Below, piece after piece: positions 1-11,085 of a stretch of DNA of 56,566 bases. The notes beneath the pieces are model-generated. The model was given only the letters and a program-made list of their open reading frames with translations, ran no database searches and was not told where the DNA came from. Within the stretch, counting starts at the first letter, position 1, and every line of letters begins with the position of its first letter. The translations under genes and the position numbers were made by a program. The stretch spans positions 35,367,976 through 35,424,541 of the forward strand of contig NC_068994.1 of assembly GCF_001194135.2 (NCBI RefSeq), written 5' to 3'. This stretch comes from Octopus bimaculoides (Eukaryota).

Positions 1-43
<43 letters not shown>

Positions 44-1104
44 GCATGCGCGCATGCACGCACATGGAAAGAATCGAATTGATTTTTTTTTTATAAGCTG
101 AGGAGCTACATCAGTGACACAAGAGCCCAGAGTTTCTTGTCAGGGGACATATCAAACTTTGATTGGTGCTTTGGGTTCATACGTCACTGCTGTAGTGTTT
201 TGGCTGTGAATGAAATAAAATATATATCTATCTGCCATCATCGTTCTATACTCTTGACCAGCCAAGATCGATTGTTCCTCGCAATAGTTGTTACGTAGCC
301 TCTTTCGGTTCTGATTCATCAGTCCTATCTACAGATAAAGCGAGATTTAAGCATAATTGACTAATTGATGTAAACTGCTTGTAATGTAAGCTGCCAACGA
401 AACCTACAACATAGACCTAAGAGACACAAACTGCCAAAACTTATAATTTACTAATAATTGGAAAGAAATAATCATAAAAAATATGCTCATTAGAATTGGA
501 TTGAAGGTGGAAGAGAGAGAGAGGAAGGGGAGAGAAACAAGAAAGAAGCGAGAGGGTCAAAACAATATTATGAAGTTCAAGATGTAAGGGAAATAACTCT
601 GTCGGACAACAAATTTTATTGAAAATTCATGTGTGTCGGTTTGTGTGTGTGTGTGTGTGTGCGTGTGTGTGCATTGTTCTTTTTGTCCTGCTCAACTTGA
701 CAATCAATGCGGGGTTTGTTTACTATCTCGTAACTTATCAGTTTGGCAAAAAATTGACGCAGAATTAATATTACGTCCTAAGATTGATTTAATTGACTAA
801 AACCTTCCAAGACGGAACCCCAGCATGCTGCAAAACCACTGACTACATTTAGTTAAAAGAAGAAAAGAATGTTATGTGCATTTATGTACTGATAATTGTG
901 GACATAACATGTACAAGCACACACATACACACTTACACGTTTGTTGAAAGATGCTGTGTGGTAAAGAAGTATGCTTTCAAACTGCACAGTATTGAGTTCA
1001 GTCACACAGTACAGCAGCTTGAGTGAGTGAATTTGTTAGGCAGAGACTGAAAGAAAATTGTTGTGTGTGTGTATATATAATAATAGTAATAATACTAATA
1101 ATAT

Positions 1105-1308
1105 GAGGGAAAAAATTCCAAATTTATGGGGAAAAATTCAATTTAATTTGTCAAAATTAAAATAAATTTCACAATATATAAAATATGAATATATAATTTA
1201 GAGGAAAAAAACCACAATTATTTAATTCATCCATGAAAATCCACATTTTCCTTTCTGTGATTGTGGATTTTCATGGATGAATGAAATAATTGTGGGTTTT
1301 TTTTCTCT

Positions 1309-1317
<9 letters not shown>
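1105..1317. repeat. Repeat-family copy ending in a ~55-bp near-perfect hairpin (arms 1191-1245 / 1262-1317)
   Basis: Arm ATATAATTTAGAGGAAAAAAACCACAATTATTTAATTCATCCATGAAAATCCACA is almost exactly complementary to 1262-1317; 16-nt loop. Head is homologous to 36409-36500. Confidence 0.85.
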
Positions 1318-1344
<27 letters not shown>

Positions 1345-1351
<7 letters not shown>

Positions 1352-1611
1352 AAAAATAGAAGGTTCCAAACAAGTCTTAACAAATTAATCTGGGTTTTAT
1401 TTTTGTAAGTACAATAACAAGGACTATATGATTAAATGGCAATTTCATTTGTACTACAAAACCATTCAGACCTGGAACCGATAGATGTGACTTATATTTA
1501 GAAGAATTTTACAGGATTTTCACATCCAAGGGTAATGTAAAAAATTCTAGACAGGAGCAAGCATTGAGATCCTTGCTCATGAGGAAATTCATACTTACAA
1601 AGTATAAATAA
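1345..1611 (+). pseudogene. Decayed C-terminus of a Penelope-like element GIY-YIG endonuclease
   Basis: Manual translation gives S-G-F-Y-F-C-K-YNNKDYMIKW, a frameshift, then TKPFRPGTDRCDLYLEEFYRIFTSKGNVKNSRQEQALRSLLMRKFILTKYK* (1456-1611). This resembles the PLE EN C-terminal pattern IKW..PY.PG..RC.LCL.EK..I....LN.R.E....C.H..KF.L. It starts right after a (TA)n run. Confidence 0.6.
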
Positions 1612-2322
1612 ATAATTATAATTCAAACTATACAAGGTTTTAAAATGACAGACGGAAAATGATTATCCAATAAGAACTTGAAATAGAGATTGTTTGCGTC
1701 TGACTTAACGGACAGCTCTAAATGATGCAACTCAAACTTTAGAAAAGAAAATCATTAAATGGCCATACTGAGGGATGTCAAGTTAAGACCCAGAAGAGAC
1801 TGCACCATTTTATAGTTGGGTTGCAATTACAACGATTACTAGTCGGTGGATCAGTGTATCATATATCTGCAAAAGGAGCACACTCTAAAACATAGAGCAG
1901 TAATGTATTTATTTGCAGTTAAATATATGTCCGGTCATAGAGTGACCAATGATTTTGCATCCATGGTCAACTCTTCAGACCCTAATGGAAGAGGGCATAT
2001 ACCTCTCCAAACTGGAGGCAGAAATCTGTTACGGTCAGTCAGTTAGTAAACAACGAATAAACCTTATGTTGGCAATATATAATTGCAAAATCATGGGTTT
2101 GATTCCCAGCATCTCACATTGCTCTGTGACCACTTTGATATTAGCTGTGTGGCACACCATGCACTGAACAGATGCACAGTTGATTTGATGGAGGAAGTGA
2201 GCTAATGTGCAGCACAAACACTTCTTACTATAAACAAATCATCTGTGCATGTTGTTCAGCAAGAAATTGCAGAACCATCTTTATTGGACTCGAGAGACTA
2301 CCATTAATATATATATATTCTT

Positions 2323-2680
2323 TTATTTGTTTCAGTCATTTGAAACAAATAAAAGCTCCATGCTGGAGTGCTGTCTTGAAGGATTTACTTGAACAAATTG
2401 ACCGCAGGAGTTATTTTTTAAGCCTAGTACTTATTTTATCAGTCTCTTTTAAAGAACTGCTAAGTTATGAAGATGTAAAACACACCAATACCAGTTGTCA
2501 AGCAATGATGGGGACACACACACACACACACACATACGACAGGCTTCATTCAGTTTCCATTTATCAAATCCACTCACATGGCTTTGGTTGGGCCAAGATA
2601 CCATACAGTGGGACTGAACCCAAAACCATGTGGTTGGGAAGCAACCTTTTTATTACACAGCCACCCCTGCACCTATAAAG
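2323..2680 (-). mobile_element. Composite tRNA-derived SINE (head B + internal (CA)n + tail C)
   Basis: TTTGTTTCAGTCATTTGA...AAGCCTAGTACTTATT...TGCTAAGTTATG / (CA)n / CCACTCAC...CAGTGGGACTGAACCC...CATGTGGTTGGGAAG...ACACAGCCAC; the same architecture recurs at 37020, 48735 and 51385. Confidence 0.8.
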
Positions 2681-3499
2681 AATTACACTATGCAAGTATA
2701 TAAAGTTATGTGTATGGTTACATGTGCTTGTGTATGTGTGTTGACATTTACACATGTTTCTGTGAATGTAACAACCTACAAATAGTGGAGTTGTTGACCT
2801 GTCTTGTTAATAAATCACCTACTCACTTGGTGCTTTCAAAGTTGAGTTGGAATAAAAGATTCCTTACTTTTAAAACAAGGATTAGTAGCAGGAACATTCA
2901 TCCAGCTATAAAAACAATGTCTCAATAACAGCTCATCTAATCCATTCTAGTACAGGAAAACAAGCTGTAAAATTGAACAGTTGACTCCATCAGAATTCTG
3001 AGATTCATCATCATCATCCTCATTATCATCATTTACTGTCCACTTTCCTGTTCTTACATGAGTTGGATGTAGTGTATTAAAGCAGATTTTCTATGACAGG
3101 ATGCCCTTCCTGTTGTCTGCCCTCACATGTTTCCAAACAAGATGATATCGTAATGCATGTTTTTACAGAACATTGGAAATGAATGATGCTGCCTGTATGA
3201 CAGTTACATTTATTTACAACTATCACATGAATTCAAGATAAGTACATGAAATCCTAAAATCAAAATGTCACGTAAAAAGCACTGTGATGGAACCTCATAA
3301 GAAGCACCCAGTACACTCTGTGGAGTGGTTGGCATTAGTAAGGGCATCCAGCTGTAGAAATTAAGCCAAAACAGACTATGGAACCTGGTGTGGTCCCTGA
3401 CTTTGCCAGTTCTTGTCAAGCTGTCCAGCTTGGTAAACAAATATCAAATGTCAATGATAGTGATGATGAGACACACACACATACACATGTACATGCGTG

Positions 3500-3690
3500 T
3501 ACACACACACACACACACACACATGACTGCCTTTCAATTTCTATCTTCCAAATCCATTCTTACAAGGCTTTGGTCTATAGCTGAAAACATTTTATTAGAA
3601 GTCACTTACCCTAGGTGCTATGCAGTGGGACTGAACCCATAACCATGTAGTTGGTAAGCAACCTTCTTGACCACACAGCCACACTGTATA
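3500..3690 (-). mobile_element. SINE head B copy
   Basis: CAAATCCATTC.TACAAGGCTTTGGTC...ATGCAGTGGGACTGAACCC...CCACACAGCCAC. Confidence 0.7.
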
Positions 3691-4100
3691 TATGTGGTGC
3701 TCTTTCTATCATTTTGCAAATTTAAATGTGTCTGTATCTTTAGATCTTTAATTTGATGTCTAGATATCTGTCAGGCCAAAACTATGCTTTAACATTAACC
3801 ACTCGCAACATAAACACACACACTCAAAAGCATATACACAGAGGCACATATGCATTTCTGAGTGGGTTGCATGTGTTTTGCATATGTTGCTTATGTTTGT
3901 GTGTGCATGCACATGTGACTGTATTTGTCCCCTCCCACTGCTTGACAACTGATACTGGTTTCTTCTTATCCTCATAACTTAGAAGTACAGCAAAGGAGAC
4001 TGAGAGAATAAGTAGACATTTCCCCCTCCCTCCTTGAGCGACAAAATAAACATCCCAGCAACAGCACTGTTCTCCTCCCATATAAATTATAACCACAGAT

Positions 4101-4318
4101 GAAATTGGTTTCAAATTTTGGCGCAAAGCCAGCAATTTTGGGGGGAGGGTGTAAGTCAATTACATCGGCCCCAGTGTTCAACTGGTACTTATCTTATCGA
4201 CTCTGAAAGGATGAAAGGCCAAGTCAACATTGCAGAATTTGAACCCAGAACACAAAGACAGATAAAATTCCACTTAGCTTTTTGTCTAGTGTGCTAACAA
4301 TTCTGCCAGCTCACCACC
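4101..4318 (-). mobile_element. tRNA-derived SINE family A with 14-bp target-site duplication
   Basis: Minus strand has A-box (TGGCAGAATTGTTAG) and B-box (GGGTTCAAATTC); flanked by TTATAACCACAGAT at 4087-4100 and 4319-4332. Confidence 0.85.
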
Positions 4319-4384
4319 TTATAACCACAGATAATATTATCAAACAGTTATTCTTATCAAATTTAGTAAGCCATAATTATAGTT

Positions 4385-4560
4385 GCAGGCATGGTTGGGT
4401 AGTAAGAAGTTTGCTTCCCCAAAACATGGTCTTGGGTTCAGTTCCCCTGCGTGGCACCTTGGGCAAGAGTCTTCTGTAACTTCAGGCAGCTCAAAGCTTT
4501 GTGAGTAGATTTGGTGGACAGAAACTGAAAGAAACCTACCACATGCATCAGAAAACTCGA
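4385..4560 (+). mobile_element. SINE head B copy (inverted relative to 3500-3690)
   Basis: GTAAGAAGTTTGCTTCCCC...GGGTTCAGTTCCCCTGCGTGGCACCTTGGGCAAG...GATTTGGTGGACAGAAACTGAAAGAA. Confidence 0.75.
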
Positions 4561-4763
4561 AACATCAATGTCTGAGATTCCTGAGAGATGGTGACACTGA
4601 AGGAACTGGGTGTTTTCATGCCTTTTTACCATAAGAGAGATTTTTTCTCCACAGTAACTGGAGTGTATTTGGCTTTAGCAGTTGAAATATGTGACAAACA
4701 TATTTTAACTAACCTAAATTCTGCTAATACCTAAACACTTCTTTGTGCCTATGCTCCGTTTAT

Positions 4764-4834
<71 letters not shown>

Positions 4835-4911
4835 TTACTTAATATGGTTGTGGTTATGGCNNNNNNNNNNNNNNNNNNNNNNNNNNNNNNNNNNNNNNNN
4901 NNNNNNNNNNN

Positions 4912-4975
<64 letters not shown>

Positions 4976-5456
4976 TTACTTAATATGGTTGTGGTTATGG
5001 CTGGTCAGAGAGTGACCATTGATTTCACACCCACGAAGTTGGCCAACAAGTCTGATGAGTCACCTACACCGCTATGAACAGATATATAAATACATACATG
5101 CAGTAGCAATCATGCATACACAAATGTGCACACATGCATACATACACACAGGCATGTGTGAACTGACACACACATACATATGCACATATATATGCATGCA
5201 TACACACACACACAGAAACAGAAAGATGGTCATGAGTGTACACATATAAATGTACGCATACACATATACACACACAAGCACACATACACATAAACACTCT
5301 CAAAGACACACACACAGAGAAAAGCATACATATAGAAACACACAAATACACAAAAACTAAGGGTCACTCTTACTGGCCATAACCAACAGCCTTTTAAGTA
5401 TTACTGCTCTAAAATTTTTAGAGTGTCCTTCTTTTCAGATTTATGAACTACTGACC

Positions 5457-5490
<34 letters not shown>

Positions 5491-5497
<7 letters not shown>

Positions 5498-5684
5498 GAA
5501 AAGGATAAAGAGAACGATGGCAAAGTTAGAAATATATTTTATAGATAAAGTCTTACAGCTGTTTCAGGGAAAATCCAATGCATTCCTTCATCGGAGACAG
5601 AAATAGTAGAGGAATCGATTATTATATCTATAAGAGGAGAGTTAATCTTTGGGGTTGGTTAAATCCAATACCCTTCTTAACCTT
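5491..5684 (-). mobile_element. ~190-bp Penelope-like/retrozyme-like mini-element inserted in a (TA)n microsatellite
   Basis: Unique-complexity segment bounded on both sides by (TA)n runs and containing the hammerhead motif. Confidence 0.55.
5550..5598 (-). ncRNA. Minimal type I hammerhead ribozyme (Penelope-type)
   Basis: Minus strand GTCT-CCGATGA-AGG(16 nt)CCT-GAAA-CAGCTG-TA-AGAC: stem I GTCT/AGAC, core CYGAUGA (U4C variant), stem II AGG/CCT, GAAA, palindromic stem III ACAGCTGT, GUA cleavage triplet. Confidence 0.7.
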
Positions 5685-5704
5685 ATATATATATATATAT
5701 ATAT

Positions 5705-5925
5705 ATCTTTCGTGTTTGTTTTCCCACTACTGCTTCAGATATCAGCTGTTCGTTTACTTACATCGCCATTACTTAGCAGTTTGGCTAAAGAGACTGATAA
5801 AATAAGTACTAGACTTAGAAAGAAAATTAGGTACTTCTGTACTGGGATAAATTTGTTCAATTAAATCCTTCGAGGTGATGCCCCAGCTTGGCCATTGTTT
5901 AATGACTGAGATAAAAGAGATAAAT
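5705..5925 (+). mobile_element. SINE tail C copy
   Basis: TTAGCAGTTTGGCTAAAGAGACTGATAAAATAAGTACTAG...CCTTCGAGGTGATGCCCCAGC.TGGCCA...TGACTGA. Confidence 0.65.
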
Positions 5926-6889
5926 ACACTTAGGATATTGTTATATTCTTTGCTTAATATTACCAGCTGGCTAGTGTTATCTAAAAGGCTGTCTTAAAAT
6001 GATCTCTATAAGTGACTCCCACTGGAAATATCTGTCAGACATAAGAAGCCATAGTAGTTATCAAGTTTTTAATGAAGAAGACACAAACAATTATCAAAAT
6101 CATTGATAAATGACAGTTTTTGTGTATTTGTAAGTGTGTTTCTATATCTATGCTTTTCTGTGTGTGTGTGTGTGTGTGTCTTTGAGAGTGTTTATGTGTG
6201 TGTGTTTGCGTACATTTATGTGTGCTTGTGTGTGTATATGTGTATGCCTACATTTATATGTTCACACTCATGACCATCTTTCTGTTTCTGTGTGTGTGTG
6301 TGTGTGTATGCATGCATATATATGTGCGCATGTATATATGTGTGTGTGTGTCAGTCTGCACATGCCTGTGTGTATGTGTGAACATTTGTGTATGCATGAT
6401 TGCTACTGCGTGTATGTATTTATATATCTGTATCTCTCTTACTCCCTCTCTCTCTCTATCTATCTATCTATCTGTACATCCTCCTTTCCATCTCTCTGTT
6501 TCTCTCTTTCTCTCTCTCTCTTTAATATATATGTGTGTGTGTGTGTGTGTTGATTGTTACTTCTTTGCAGATCATGATCATTTCCTTTTAATTATTTGTG
6601 TGTGTGTGTGCACCACTGCCAATATGTGCGTGTGCATATGTCTAAAAGTGATTCTGCATGTGTACATATAAGTAAGTATATGTGTACAGATATGTTTGTG
6701 TATGCTGTATATATAGGAAACAATGTGTACATCAACCATAACATGAAAATGCCACCTATAAGGACCATTGATTGGAAATAACAATCATGTGTATCTTACT
6801 GTTTAACCCAAGGTGATACCTTGGTTAAGCAGACTGATGATTAAAGGCATTCCAACCTTGATCACCCCATCGTGTATTCAGAAACAAGT

Positions 6890-7103
6890 ATTTCTACTAC
6901 AGTCACAAGACCTGAAATTTGGGTGGAAGGGGCTAGTCAGTAACATCATCCACAGTGCTAGACTCATACTTATTTCATCAACCCCAAAAGGATGAAAGGC
7001 AAAACCAACTTCAGTGAAATTTGAACCTAGAACATAAAACTGGAAGAAATGCCACTAAGCATTTTTTTCTGGGTGCTATTGATCCTGCCACCTCGCCACC
7101 TTA
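6890..7103 (-). mobile_element. SINE family A copy
   Basis: Same GGATGAAAGGCAAA...ATTTGAAC...CTAAGCATT...CTGCCA backbone as 4101-4318. Confidence 0.75.
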
Positions 7104-9624
7104 ATGTATTCCATAAATAACATTGATTGAGAATAATAATGGATGGTGTGTGTGTGTGTATGGATTCTTTTTTCTACTGTTTCACAGAGGGAAAGGCAGA
7201 TTCTGTGTAACCCCAAGCAGTTTTTATTTATATTTATTTTGTCAACCTCCAGAGCTAATGAGAAGAAAAGTGGAAAATGTCCCTCCAAAATGGAGGCCTG
7301 GTCTGAATGTTTGCAGTATTGCAAGCTCCACCAAAGGCTTTCAGTGATCAAGGATCATGTGATATATTGATCACATGATGGTGTTGGTCATGTAATTGCG
7401 TTTGATTATGTGATGTGTTGATCGTGTGATGACTGCACATTCATTTTATTACCCAAGGACTCACAGTGCCAAAAATCCTGAAATAATGACCATAAGGCTA
7501 CTTATCTCCTCCAACCTCTGTAACAATTTTTCTGTATTTCAATGACCCTGAAAGGATTAAAAGTAAGGTTGGCCTTCGTAAGATTTGAACTAGGGATGCA
7601 AAGAGCCAGAATGGTTACTGCAAGACATTTCATTCTATGCTATAGCAATTCTGCCAATTCTTTGCATATGCATGTGTTGATGAATGCTGTTCTATACAGA
7701 AAATAGCTCCAGGAAGCCAGGGACTTGATTACAATTTTTAAGGCAGGTGGGTGATAAATTTATCCTTGGGTTGGGCACTAGTCTACTACTTGCAATGATT
7801 AATTATGCTCTGTCACCCCTACTCACATAGAAGCATTAGTCATATATGTACTCACACCCATGTATATTATCTCACTTACATACACATATTTACACACATG
7901 CATACACATACAGAGACAAATATGTATATATATATGCATACATAAACGTCCACATATACAGACACACACATACATACATAAGCACGCACACTTACACAAA
8001 CACACACTCATACACACACATATATACTTCCATAACACACACACGTACGCACCCCCACCTACACACACGCACACACATGCACACACACAAAGAGAAAACT
8101 ATGATTGCTTGCCCTGCTAGAAAGAGCAGCAAAATCTTTTTGGAATCTTGTCCAGCCATCTTAAATTTGGAAGGACACATATAATATGCAAAGGCTAGAT
8201 TACCTTTGTTCAAAGATCTACTTGATCTAGGCTGGCTGGCCTGGGGCTTCATAGCAACAACAACAACAACAAAAAGCACACACATAAAAGAGTAGGTGCA
8301 TCTGTATTACATGTCATCTACAGTTAATATATGCACATACATTCATGTGTAACAATACAGCCATATGCACATTAATGCCTGTGCACATGTACATTTGCAT
8401 ATCTACACACAGGCATGGTGATAGTGGTGGAGTTGGTCATTGTGGCAGTGGTGGTGGTAGTGGCTGTCACAGTGGTGGTGGTGGTGGTGGTGGTATTTGC
8501 GGTGGTGAAGATAGGAGGTAAATGATGAGTATGATGATGATCGTGAGGAGGAGTGGTAGTTAGATGTGTAAACAACAGTATTGAGTTGTTGGGTCACCAC
8601 TTCATGAAGTGATATATGTGTGTTTGTATATGTGAGAGTGTGTGTGTGTGCGTGTGTGTGTGTGTGTGTAGGAGTTGCATATATAGTAAATATTTTAAAT
8701 GTGTACATGTACGTATATGTGTGTGTATTTTTTTGAAGGATATGTGTATGTATGTACATATGCATACATGTATGTTTTGAAGTATCTGTTAGTATGAATG
8801 AAAACCATGCCCATAATCACATGCATACATGCATTCACATACATACATCCACAACATATTCCAAACAACATATGTGTAGATATATATGCATGTGAGCACA
8901 TACATATGCACATGCACATATGCACACACACACCCACACACATAGATATACATAAACAAATATATACATAAGTATGCATACACTCAGTTTTGCCTGTGTG
9001 TGTGTGTGAGTGGGCATTAACAAATGGCCATACACACAACTATGTGTATGTTTGTGTACATGCATGTTGTGGATGTATATGTAGAAGTATAGATTTTTGT
9101 GTGAAATATGTATGTGTTTGCATTATTTATTAAAATCAAAATGATTCATGACAAATGGCCGTATGTTTTGCTCAGTAAAGGCTTTACGAACAAATGGAGA
9201 AATGAGATAGGTTATTGAATTTAAAGTTAAGGGATGTAATATTTGAGAAGAGGTGTTTTCTAAATATAGATAAAATTTCATATTTAACCAAAGTATGGTT
9301 TTGTGGTTAAGAAACTTGTTTCCCAACCATGTGATCTTGGGTTCAGTTCCACTACATAGCACCTCGAGCAGTAGGCACCTGAAATCACATGGCTGCAGAG
9401 CAAGCTTCTTAACTGCAGTTATGCTTGTGCTTATGATTAACATTATTAATTAACACTATTTAGACAATTATTATTAACCTTATTATTAACTTTCTACAGA
9501 TTTCTTTCCACTCTCCTTACTGGTAGATTCTATACATTTGTGAAAAAACATTAAAACATTAAACAAACTCAATGGTAATTTTGCATTACACATGCAACTT
9601 GGTCTCTACAATTTACTGAGCTCC

Positions 9625-10292
9625 TTAATAACGATAATCCGTTCTACCAAAGGCACAAAGCCTTTACATCGATTCCAGTGTTTCACTGGTACTTAATTTA
9701 TCAACCTCGAAAGGATGACAGGCAAAGTCAACCTCAGTAGAATTTGAACTCAGAACGTAGCACCGAGTGAAATACTACTAAGCATTTTGTCCAGTGTGCT
9801 AAAGTTTCTGCCAGCTCAATGCCTTCTTAATGATAATAATAATCCTTTCTACTTAAGGTACAAGGCCTGAAATTTGGTGTGGGTGGTGGCGACTAGTCAA
9901 TTACATCGACCCCAGTGTTTCACTGGTGCATAATTTATCAATCCCAAACAAATGAAAAACAAAGTCAGCCTCAGTGGAATTTGAACTTAGAATGTAGCAA
10001 TGGGCAAAATACTGCTAAGCATTTTATCTAGCATGCTAACAATTCTGCCAGCTTGCCTTAATAGTAATAACAATAATGGTTTCAAATTTTGGCATAAGGC
10101 CAGCAGTTTTTGAGGAGAGCAGTAAGTCAATTACATTGACCCAGTGTTGAACTGGTACTTATTTTATTGACCCTAAAAGGATGAAAGGTAAAGTCAAGCT
10201 CAACAGAATCTGAACTCAGTATATAAATACGAATGAAATGTCACTAATCATTTTTGTCTGGTGTACTAATAATTCTGCCAGAGTACTGCCTT
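9625..10292 (-). mobile_element. Three tandem SINE family A copies (about 9625-9828, 9841-10057, 10075-10292) separated by TAA repeats
   Basis: Three successive CCCAGTG-TT-CACTGGTAC...AAAGTCA...GAATTTGAAC...TTCTGCCAG units with TAATAA spacers. Confidence 0.85.
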
Positions 10293-10650
10293 ACTAATCT
10301 ATATACTATACTGGAGAAAGTTGCTTATTAATTAGGTATGAGACAATTATTAAAAGTACTAAAAGCAAGCAATTATTAAAGGGTGGAGTGTCTGGAAATA
10401 TTTTTATAAATTCATGTTCTAGGAAATTTCCTATAAATTTCCTATAATTTCAATTTCTCAAGTTTATTGAATTTTTTTTAACTCCAATTTCTTGCAATTT
10501 TAAATATTCATTGCATTCACTGCGTCCAATTCTTAACAGATTTAAATATTCATTGCATTCACTGCGGAGTATTCCATTTTTATTTGCAAAGTCTCTCACT
10601 TTCTCTTTTAAGTTTTAATTTGTTATTTGGGAAACCAATAGTTTATTCAA

Positions 10651-11085
10651 GACCTTCCAAAAACTGAGCAAGTATAAAGATCATGAAATAGAAATTAGCA
10701 AAATGTGGAACCTGAAGACTAAAACAATACCTGTTGTCATAGGTGCCTGAGGAATGATAGCAAAAGGGGCTGGCTGCTACCTAGCTCAGATACCAGGAAA
10801 CCCCAAAATGACAGAAATTCAAAAGATAATGCTCATGGGAACTGCCCATATTCTACGTAAAATACTGTCTATGTAATCTCAAATTTTAAAACAAACATAC
10901 TTTTCTTATGGTTTCTTAAACATTCTCTAGAACAACACTATGTACAAAACCAAATATATGGCACCCTAGGCATAACACCAACATGAACTTCTAACTTGTT
11001 GTCTCTTGAGGTCTCTGGGTGAGACTTGGAGCCAATTTGTACAAATGCAAAGTAAAAGTCAAACATAAAATAATAGTAATAATAA
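10651..11085 (+). mobile_element. 5'-truncated R4/Dong-like non-LTR retrotransposon 3' end, copy 1 (RLE domain C-terminus, 3' UTR, TAA tail)
   Basis: Translation QKLSKYKDHEIEISKMWNLKTKTIPVVIGA*GMIAKGAGCYLAQIPGNPKMTEIQKIMLMGTAHILRKILSM* (stop 10874-10876), ~190-nt UTR, then TAATAGTAATAATAA. Confidence 0.8.

Larger units (their letters stand above)
5078..6432. repeat. Inverted duplication: arms 5078-5358 (+) and 6116-6432 (-) with ~760-bp spacer
   Basis: Shared non-microsatellite anchors in inverted order (CAGTAGCAATCATGCATACACAAATG, GAAACAGAAAGATGGTCATGAGTGT, AAACACTCTCAAAGACAC, GAAAAGCATA); ORF-track translations 5064-5351(-) and 6134-6553(+) are near-identical. Confidence 0.9.

Noticed and set aside
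285-335. Minus-strand CTGATGA-ATCAGAACC-GAAA resembling a hammerhead core
   Set aside because: No stem II pairing (A..C), and no stem III/NUH/stem I consistent with the fold.
95-470. Possible solo LTR (internal AATAAA, moderate complexity)
   Set aside because: No TG...CA termini, TSD or second copy identifiable.
4385-4460. tRNA-like A/B boxes as tRNA genes (also in other SINE heads)
   Set aside because: No complete cloverleaf, and each continues into SINE body sequence.
4800-5002. Identical (CA)n-TATTTACTTAATATGGTTGTGGTTATGGC on both sides of the 51-N gap
   Set aside because: Typical unmerged contig-overlap artefact rather than a biological duplication.
9625-10292. Regularly spaced ~220-bp units suggesting a CRISPR-like or satellite array
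   Set aside because: The units are diverged copies of a dispersed tRNA-derived SINE in a eukaryotic genome; no repeat-spacer structure.
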